Shown here one piece after another: positions 57,024 through 64,000 of a DNA stretch of 64,000 nucleotides. How positions within the stretch are numbered: position 1 is the stretch's first letter; each line of letters begins with the position of its first letter. Location: positions 640,001-704,000 of the forward strand of contig CAWHDP010000002.1 of assembly GCA_963828125.1 (NCBI GenBank), read 5' to 3'. Below the pieces are notes generated by a model. That model was not told where the DNA came from. It worked only from the letters and a program-made list of their open reading frames with translations, and searched no databases. The stretch comes from an uncultured Chlamydiae bacterium (GTDB taxonomy: Bacteria; Chlamydiota; Chlamydiia; Chlamydiales; SM23-39). The position numbers and the translations under genes are program-made.

Positions 57024-57893
57024 TTATCCCTTTTCGACGAAGGCGAGCTGCGGGATGCGCAGATCGATGATCCGAGGTGCAAAACGGCCCCCTTGTTGTA
57101 CCGAGGCGATTTGCCGCTTATAATCGTCCATCATCGCACGCCGGAGGGCGAAAAAATTGTTGAGCTGTTGCGTATATTCTTTTGGGGCGAGACGGAGGAT
57201 TTTGGGAAAGACGCAGACGATCTCCTGGTTCTCTTTCCGAATAGAGAGCTCCTCTTCGGTGAATAAGACGATCTCTCTTTGGCCAAGGCTTGGAGCAAAT
57301 GCGTTTGACACATCGATCCGCAAGATCTGGAGTCCCTCTTTCCATGGCGCCGTCTCTAAAAATTGGAGAATGCCGAGGGCTAAATCAAAATGGGGACCTT
57401 CGACTTTCCAGCCACTTTCCGCATGGAGGCCGAGATAAATGCCGGGAAGTTTTTTTGGCGACAAAAAAGGATCGATAGGGAACAGATATCCCTCTCTGTC
57501 CACGCCGATATTTTTAAAATCGGCCATCCAAGCGATCGGCTTGCGCACTGTATAGTCGATATAAAGGGTCGAGGGGGGGAGCCGCTTCACTTTGGCGCTT
57601 GCGATGAGGGGGGAGGCGAGGAGATCTTTTTCGGCCTTCTTTAAGTTGAGGGCATAAAGGGGCATGGGGGCGTCCGCAGAAAGGCCGAGCAGCTCTGCGA
57701 GATAAGCCGTTTTTAGGGCCTCTTTTTCGGGACCGGTTTGGACGATGGCCAAAATCCGATAGAGTGCGCTCTCTAGCCGCCCTTTTTGGTGTTCCTTCCA
57801 GGCAAAATACCCAGTTAAGCTGACTGCAAGGGTGAAACATGTGGATCCGATGAGGCAAAAAAGGGCTTGCCTGATGGTCCATTCCTGGCTCAT
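57024..57893 (-). CDS. FtsQ-like POTRA domain protein
   Basis: N-terminal TM; SPLIASAKVKRLPPSTLYIDYTVRKPIA; IIDLR; follows ddl. Confidence 0.7.
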   Translation of the reverse strand: MSQEWTIRQALFCLIGSTCFTLAVSLTGYFAWKEHQKGRLESALYRILAIVQTGPEKEALKTAYLAELLGLSADAPMPLYALNLKKAEKDLLASPLIASAKVKRLPPSTLYIDYTVRKPIAWMADFKNIGVDREGYLFPIDPFLSPKKLPGIYLGLHAESGWKVEGPHFDLALGILQFLETAPWKEGLQILRIDVSNAFAPSLGQREIVLFTEEELSIRKENQEIVCVFPKILRLAPKEYTQQLNNFFALRRAMMDDYKRQIASVQQGGRFAPRIIDLRIPQLAFVEKG

Positions 57894-60211
57894 ACGCGGC
57901 TCCTCTGCAGCGCGGCGGCGAGCAGCTCGTCGACAAGCTGCTGCATCGTCATACCGGCAGCCCCCCACATTTTAGGATAAGCGCTCGTGTCGGTACATCC
58001 GGGGAATGGGTTGATCTCGTTAAACCAGTAATGGCCGTGGAAATCGAGAAAAAAATCGACGCGGGCGAGCCCTTGACAACCGCACGCTCGATACGCTCTC
58101 TCAGCAAGTTCGGCTCCAATCTCTTTCTCTAATTCGGTGATCGGGGCAGGAACCTGGATCTCCATCGCCCCGGCGCCGTATTTTTTATCATAAGCGACGA
58201 AGGCGCCGTGATTGATGATCTCGCCGGGCGGGGCGATTTGGATCATTTCATTGCCGAGAAGGGCAAACTCAATTTGACGTCCGATAAGTTCTTTTTCGAC
58301 GATGATCTGATCGTCGTGGCTAAAGGCAAGTTCGGCTGCGCGGGCGGCCTCTTCTTGCGACGCCGCACGAGAGACGCCGATGCTCGATCCGAGGTGAACC
58401 GGTTTGATCCAAACGGGATAGGGGAAATGCTCGTCAATTTTTTTGAGGAGGGCCTCCACGCTATACTCAGCTGCGCTCATTTCAAAAAAAGGGACTACGG
58501 GAATATTGTGGTGCTGTACAACCCGCTTGGTCCACCCTTTGTGCATACAGATGGCGCCGGAACGGTAGTCGCAGCCGACATACGGAATGCCCAATGCCTC
58601 AAGAACCGCAGAAATCATCCCATCTTCTCCTTTAGGTCCATGCAACACGGGGATCACTACATCGCACTGCATCAGCTCTTGAACCCTTTCCGGAGAGATC
58701 CTCGGCCCTCTGGCGGGGGGATCTAAATCGAATCCAGAGCGCCACTCTCCCTCTTTCGTGATGCCAAACGGCGCCACGTCATAGACTGCCGGGTCAAGTC
58801 CGCTGATCACATTTTTGGCCGACATCAACGAAACGGGGTGTTCCGCCGACATGCCTCCAAAAAGGACTCCGACTCTCCATTTGGGGGCTCTTTGGGCATA
58901 CAAATTTAAAATCGACTCGCCTGCCTTAGTAATGTCGCCTGCGCCGATCGTCAATACGACGTCGAGAGGTTTTAAAAACATCGCAACGCCCGATTCTAAA
59001 TGGGTCCGGGGGAAAAAATGGATTTTGGCCCCCCACTTTTCCCGCATCCGGCTATAGAGAGCGGCGCTTGTGATTCCAGGAATCGGCGCTTCGCCCGCGC
59101 TATAAATATCGGTCATAATCACTTCGTCTGCATCGCTAAAAGATGAGGTGAACTCTTCAAAAAGATTGCGGACCCGTGTATAGCGATGCGGTTGGAAGAC
59201 AACGACAAGCCTCCTTTCCCGAATGTGATCGCGAAGGGCTTTAATCGTCACCCGAATTTCATTTGGATGGTGCCCATAATCATCGAAAACGGCGACTTTG
59301 TGCTTCTCTCCTCTCTGTTCAAGCCGCCTGCCGGCGCCTGAAAAGGTTCGAAAGGCTCTCCGAATCGTCTCTTCAGCAATTCCTAAACGTAACGAGAGGG
59401 CAAAGACGGCAGTTCCATTGAGGGCATTGTGCCGGCCGAGCAGAGCCAGCTCGACTGCCGCATAATTCCCCACATCAAAGACAATCCCCTTTTGAGTCTG
59501 TCTAAAGTGGGAAACTGGGATATCAGCTCCTTCCAAAAAACCGTATGAGGTCCCTTTTGTCCTCAACAAAGAAAGGCGAGGATCGTCATAACACCAAAAA
59601 AGGCGCTCCGCCTGATCGATGAACCGTTGAAAAGCCGCGTCGAGGGCCGAGTCAGAGCCCCAGTAGTCAAGGTGATCGTCCTCTAGGTTGGTCACGATGG
59701 CAGCATAGGCTCTTGTCTTCAAAAATGAGCCGTCGCTCTCGTCTGCTTCAGCGACAAAATACTCCCCTTGCCCTGCCCTGCCGTTCGTATTGAGCGAACG
59801 GATCAGCCCTCCGACGGCAAAGGAGGGGTCCAGCTCCGCTTGCATCAGAACCCAGGAGAGAAGAGCGCTCGTCGTCGTTTTCCCATGAGTGCCGCTCACA
59901 AGGAGAGGTTTTTTACCTCGCATCAATTCGTGTAACAGATCGGATCTATGAAATATGTTCAATCCCCTCTCCCTAGCTCGGATGAACTCGACGTTATCTT
60001 CTTTAATACCAGTACTATATATAACCGTCTCTCCCTCTTCGATGAAATCTGCCGAGTGGCCGATCTGCACAGTCGCCCCCTCTTGTTCCAGAGTCTGTAA
60101 AAGGGGGCTTTGGCGGATATCGCTCCCCTTCACCTTGCCCCCTCGTTGAAGGAGGATCCGGGCCAAGGCGCTCATCCCAATTCCGCCAAGTCCAATAAAA
60201 TGGTAGTTCAT
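57890..60211 (-). CDS. murC: Bifunctional MurC / D-Ala-D-Ala ligase
   Basis: GLGGIGMSALA, GTHGKTTT and DDYGHHP, then GGMSAEHPVS, LHGPKGEDG and NEINPFPG. Confidence 0.95.
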   Translation of the reverse strand: MNYHFIGLGGIGMSALARILLQRGGKVKGSDIRQSPLLQTLEQEGATVQIGHSADFIEEGETVIYSTGIKEDNVEFIRARERGLNIFHRSDLLHELMRGKKPLLVSGTHGKTTTSALLSWVLMQAELDPSFAVGGLIRSLNTNGRAGQGEYFVAEADESDGSFLKTRAYAAIVTNLEDDHLDYWGSDSALDAAFQRFIDQAERLFWCYDDPRLSLLRTKGTSYGFLEGADIPVSHFRQTQKGIVFDVGNYAAVELALLGRHNALNGTAVFALSLRLGIAEETIRRAFRTFSGAGRRLEQRGEKHKVAVFDDYGHHPNEIRVTIKALRDHIRERRLVVVFQPHRYTRVRNLFEEFTSSFSDADEVIMTDIYSAGEAPIPGITSAALYSRMREKWGAKIHFFPRTHLESGVAMFLKPLDVVLTIGAGDITKAGESILNLYAQRAPKWRVGVLFGGMSAEHPVSLMSAKNVISGLDPAVYDVAPFGITKEGEWRSGFDLDPPARGPRISPERVQELMQCDVVIPVLHGPKGEDGMISAVLEALGIPYVGCDYRSGAICMHKGWTKRVVQHHNIPVVPFFEMSAAEYSVEALLKKIDEHFPYPVWIKPVHLGSSIGVSRAASQEEAARAAELAFSHDDQIIVEKELIGRQIEFALLGNEMIQIAPPGEIINHGAFVAYDKKYGAGAMEIQVPAPITELEKEIGAELAERAYRACGCQGLARVDFFLDFHGHYWFNEINPFPGCTDTSAYPKMWGAAGMTMQQLVDELLAAALQRSRV

Positions 60212-61194
60212 CTGTTCTCTCCAATGGTCCGCACAAGCGAGCCGAAATCGACTGTCTTCGGGAAAGAGATCTCCCCAAGCGCTTTTCTATGCATGTCTAA
60301 ATTGTTCCTCAGCTCTCCGATTTCCCGGGCGAGAATCGCTGCTGAGGCGTCCGGCTGCAAGAGGAGGCGAACCCCTCCTTGCAGATACTCCCCGTTTTTC
60401 CTCTGGTGGTCGTTCGCATATGGATACGGAATGACAACCGCCGGTAGCCGATACCGAATCAATTCGGCGCTTGTCCCTGCGCCGCAGCGGCACACCGCAA
60501 AGTCTGCCGCTTCGTAGGCAGATTCCATCTCTTCTTCAAAGGGCTTGACGACACATGGGACTGAATATCTAATCTCAAGATCGGTTTTCCCCGTCAGGTG
60601 GATGACTTGAAAGGGAAAAGAGAGAAGTTTTGCAGCCTCTGGAAAAACCTGATTGATGAAAGAGGCGCCCTGCGAGCCGCCGAATACGAGAATCGTCGTC
60701 CGGTTCGGGTCTAAATGATATTTTTTGCCCCCCTGTTCCTTTTTGATCCAAGGCAGTAAAGGGACATAGACCGCTTTTTTCATCTTAATGGGAAACTGGA
60801 AGGCGATTTTTTCGGCGAAAGGGACAAAGAAGCGGTTCACTTGTCCAAGCGAACAATTCGCCTCAAAAAGGATGATTTTTTTTCGGAGAATAGCCGCCGC
60901 GGTCAAGACGGGGAAACTGTGAAAACTCCCAAAACCGACCACCACATCGGGTTTAAAACGGGCCACAAGGCGCAAGCTTTGCCAAATCCCTTTGAGGAGA
61001 AGAGGCCATTTTTTCTTTTGTGAGGTGGAGGCGATTTCAAAATAGGGGGTTTTCCGATCGAAAAACGGGGTGGTCTTGAGCTTGTGGCCTGCGAAAATCA
61101 CCGTGGCCCCTTCGAGAAGGGCCGCCAGCTGGGAGGAGGGGAATAAGTGGCCTCCGGTTCCGCCTGTCGCAATCAGTACTTTGAGAGGGCGCAT
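60208..61194 (-). CDS. murG: UDP-GlcNAc:lipid I transferase
   Basis: GGTGGHLFP, GGSQGA and RCGAGT motifs. Confidence 0.93.
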   Translation of the reverse strand: MRPLKVLIATGGTGGHLFPSSQLAALLEGATVIFAGHKLKTTPFFDRKTPYFEIASTSQKKKWPLLLKGIWQSLRLVARFKPDVVVGFGSFHSFPVLTAAAILRKKIILFEANCSLGQVNRFFVPFAEKIAFQFPIKMKKAVYVPLLPWIKKEQGGKKYHLDPNRTTILVFGGSQGASFINQVFPEAAKLLSFPFQVIHLTGKTDLEIRYSVPCVVKPFEEEMESAYEAADFAVCRCGAGTSAELIRYRLPAVVIPYPYANDHQRKNGEYLQGGVRLLLQPDASAAILAREIGELRNNLDMHRKALGEISFPKTVDFGSLVRTIGENR

Positions 61195-62279
61195 ACTTGT
61201 TTCCTTGAGATGTCGAGCAAAATAAATAAGACGACGATGTTGACCATGAGGGAACTTCCCCCTTGAGAAAAATAGGGAAGGGTCATCCCTTTGCTCGGCA
61301 AAAGGCCCGACACAACGCCTAAATTAAGAAATGCTTGGATAGAGATCAAAAAGGTCAATGTGGCGGCGAGCAAAAACGGGCTCCGCTCTTGTGAGCGGAT
61401 CGCGATGACAAAACCTGCCGAAGTGAGGATGATGTAGAGAGAAATCAGGGCCAAAATACCGATGAATCCAGTCTCTTCGGCATAGATGGCGGCAATATAG
61501 TCGCTCCGCGCTTCGGGAAGATAGTTCAGCTTTTGCAGACTCTCGCCAATCCCTCTCCCAAAAAGCTGGCCGGAACCCGCTGCAATCTTGGCTTGATGGG
61601 GCTGGTGCCCTTTGCCTCTCAGATCGAGTTCAGGATGGAGGTAGACTTGCAGTCTATTGTGGACGTGGGGCATCTGGTAGGCCGCCGCTGCGCCGAGTAG
61701 AGAGAGGGCAAAGAGGGGGAGGGCCCAGTACATGGGACGGATCCGGGAAAGGAGGAAGAGGATCACAAAAAGGAGGAAGATAATGAAGGTGGTTCCATTG
61801 TCCGGCTCAAAGAGGATGAGGGCGACCGGAATTGAGAGCCAGCCTAGGATTTTCAGGAACCGGGCCAACTCAATCGGCAGGCTTTGCTTAAGGAACCAGC
61901 CAATGTAGGCGGCCGGTAAAAGGACTTTGACGCTCTCAGAGGGCTGGCCGATCGGAAAACCGAAGAACCCTAACCACCTTCGGGCGCCGTTGATTTTCAT
62001 CCCAATCCCCGGTATAAAAACAAGGATGAGCAAAAAGGTCGCCCCCATCAAGAGGGGGAAGCTGTAGCGGATCAGATTTTCATAGCCCCACCGGTAAACC
62101 AAAAGGCCTCCGCAAAGGCCGACAAGTCCATAGGCGATCTGTTTAAAAAGGGCAGAATGAGTGCTGACCGGCAAAGAGCGGTCGATGATTTCAGCTGCGG
62201 TTGTATTGAAGACCATCAACAAGCCGGTCGAGAAGAGGAGAGCCACTGAAATAATGAGCCAAACCGCGGCGCGTGACAA
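61173..62279 (-). CDS. ftsW: SEDS peptidoglycan polymerase FtsW
   Basis: GARRW, QPSE, YLPEARSDY and LPYFSQGGSS motifs. Confidence 0.92.
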   Translation of the reverse strand: MSRAAVWLIISVALLFSTGLLMVFNTTAAEIIDRSLPVSTHSALFKQIAYGLVGLCGGLLVYRWGYENLIRYSFPLLMGATFLLILVFIPGIGMKINGARRWLGFFGFPIGQPSESVKVLLPAAYIGWFLKQSLPIELARFLKILGWLSIPVALILFEPDNGTTFIIFLLFVILFLLSRIRPMYWALPLFALSLLGAAAAYQMPHVHNRLQVYLHPELDLRGKGHQPHQAKIAAGSGQLFGRGIGESLQKLNYLPEARSDYIAAIYAEETGFIGILALISLYIILTSAGFVIAIRSQERSPFLLAATLTFLISIQAFLNLGVVSGLLPSKGMTLPYFSQGGSSLMVNIVVLFILLDISRKQVCALSKY

Positions 62280-62293
62280 AGCAACCCCCCAAT

Positions 62294-62941
62294 TTATCGA
62301 ATTCGCAGACGGTCGCCCGCTTTGAGTTTACGCGCTTTTTCTTCATTAAGGCCATTCAATCTAAGGAGCTCGTCGAGCTTCATATGGTGCCGAATCGCGA
62401 TTCCCCACGGATTTTCCCCCACTTTGATTGTGTAGTATTCGGGACCCGCTTCAGCCGGTTTTTTCTCTGCCGCTTTAGCAAGAGAGCGCTCTGCAGGGAT
62501 TTTGAGAACCTGGCCGATTTTCAAAAGACTGCTCGGCAAATGGTTCAATTTGATGATCCCATCGACAGTCGTATGATGAGTTTTTGCAATTCTTTCTAAA
62601 CTGTCCCCTTTTTTCACAGTCACTTCAGTGAAGGAGGGGAGAGAGGGGGCCGCCGCGATCTCAGGGGGCGCAGACTCGGGGACAAAAAGGGGCAGTGCAT
62701 GCAAAACAGGATCGGAAGAGGGGGCGATTTCAGGCAATTTGAATGGCTCATTCACCGCAAGGACAGGAAGTTCCTGGATCAATGGCTGTTCATCAAATAA
62801 AGGCCGCTCGAGAATCTCCTCTCTCGCCAGCGGAGCCTGGTTTGGCAATTCATTCTGAGTCGTCAAGGCCGCGATCAATAAAACGGCCAAAAGACCGGCG
62901 TTGATCAAGACAGCGATCAATATCGTGTTTTTTCGATTCAT
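62294..62941 (-). CDS. Membrane-anchored protein with two LysM domains
   Basis: VKKGDSLERIAK and IKVGENPWGIA. Confidence 0.88.
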   Translation of the reverse strand: MNRKNTILIAVLINAGLLAVLLIAALTTQNELPNQAPLAREEILERPLFDEQPLIQELPVLAVNEPFKLPEIAPSSDPVLHALPLFVPESAPPEIAAAPSLPSFTEVTVKKGDSLERIAKTHHTTVDGIIKLNHLPSSLLKIGQVLKIPAERSLAKAAEKKPAEAGPEYYTIKVGENPWGIAIRHHMKLDELLRLNGLNEEKARKLKAGDRLRIR

Positions 62942-64000
62942 TGTTCCCTCACTAAGCGCTTGAAGCACTCCCCGCGCCGCTCATAATTTTCGAACTGATC
63001 ATAACTCGAGCATCCCGGCGAAAGGAGAACCGTCTCCCCTCCCCTTGCCTCAGCCTTGGCCGCTTTCACCGCATCGGCAAATAAATCGACCCGCAAAAAC
63101 GGAATGTGAGACGCAAGCTCACACTCCATGATAGGGCCGGCTTTCCCATAAGCGATCATCAGGCGCACCTTCCCTCGAAATCTCTCGACCCACGGCTTAT
63201 AGGAAGAACCCTTATGCACTCCGCCTGCAATGAGTAACAACGGCCCCTCCAACCGATCCACCGCATGCATCACTGCATCGATGTTGGACGATTTGCTGTC
63301 ATTATAATACGCCACATCATTGATTTTTGCCACCCATTCGATCCGATGAGACGGTTTTTTGAACGTCTGAAGGCCGCGTAGAAATTCCACATCGGTCACT
63401 CCACACCGCTTGCAGAGCAAATAAGCCGCTTGCACACTTTGTTTCGAAGGCATCTCCAATTGGGTATAGCTCAGCGTGTTTAACAGTTCAATCTCTTTGT
63501 CAAAATGTTTCGGGTTCCGAAACAGCGACCCAAATTCCTTTTGTACCGATTCTGAAATGAATACTTCCCCGCTCATATTTTGGATGTGTGCTTTCGCCTT
63601 TGCATATTCTTCCATAGAAGGATACCGATCCAAATGGTTGGGCGTGATATTGAGGATGAGGGAGGCCTCGAGGGCAGCTGTGCGGAGAGTTTCCAATTGA
63701 AACGAGCTCAGTTCAATGATGAGAATCTCAGTAGGATCGGCAGAGAGGAGATAGCCGGTCAAACTATCCCCTACGTTGCCCAGCGAGCGCGCCCTCTTCC
63801 CCGCCGAGTTGAGGATATGGGTCGTCAATAAGACGGTGGTGGTCTTCCCATTCGAACCGGTGATCCCGAACGAGCGATTGTTGAGATGGCGGAAACCGAG
63901 CTCCATTTCGCCAATCACCTCTATCCCCAACTGCATAGCCTTTTGCACGAGAGGATGGCTTTGCGGCACCCCAGGAGAGAGAATGACCTGATGAAAACCA
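62938..64000 (-). CDS. murD: UDP-MurNAc-L-Ala-D-Glu ligase, 5' end outside the window
   Basis: GITGSNGKTTT, ELSSFQL, NDSKSSN and LSPGCSSYDQF motifs. Confidence 0.95.
   Translation of the reverse strand, partial: GFHQVILSPGVPQSHPLVQKAMQLGIEVIGEMELGFRHLNNRSFGITGSNGKTTTVLLTTHILNSAGKRARSLGNVGDSLTGYLLSADPTEILIIELSSFQLETLRTAALEASLILNITPNHLDRYPSMEEYAKAKAHIQNMSGEVFISESVQKEFGSLFRNPKHFDKEIELLNTLSYTQLEMPSKQSVQAAYLLCKRCGVTDVEFLRGLQTFKKPSHRIEWVAKINDVAYYNDSKSSNIDAVMHAVDRLEGPLLLIAGGVHKGSSYKPWVERFRGKVRLMIAYGKAGPIMECELASHIPFLRVDLFADAVKAAKAEARGGETVLLSPGCSSYDQFENYERRGECFKRLVREQ

Noticed and set aside
57890..60211. MurC-Ddl fusion as a novelty
   Set aside because: Known chlamydial feature.

Overview
The window is a chromosomal segment of an environmental Chlamydiota-type bacterium. 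Lineage markers are the rpe-efp-accB-accC cluster, the ctcB/ctcC two-component pair, rsbV-miaA, the murC-ddl fusion and a murD-LysM-ftsW-murG block. An AT-richer accessory island (~21.1-39.65 kb) sits at the 3' end of a tRNA-Leu(CAA) gene. Its right part (~27.5-39.65 kb) looks like an intact serine-recombinase integrative element. It carries a leucine-biosynthesis cassette (leuCD converging on leuB-ilvE-leuA-tsaC-like) with an unannotated Leu-rich leader peptide and attenuator. It also carries an AbiEi/AbiEii pair whose toxin is fused to ankyrin repeats, and a recombinase whose C-terminus runs into the tRNA and would be swapped on excision. The left part is a decayed sister element with higBA, a truncated IS21 and an intact ISAs1. 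Elsewhere there is a family of TA-flanked palindromic MITE-like repeats, one of which rewrites the end of asnB. There are also several candidate effectors (Inc-like phosphatase, F-box-like methyltransferase, SEL1 protein), an intact but catalytically eroded glutamine synthetase III, and a frameshifted rfbA. All family calls come from motif recognition by eye; no database searches were run.
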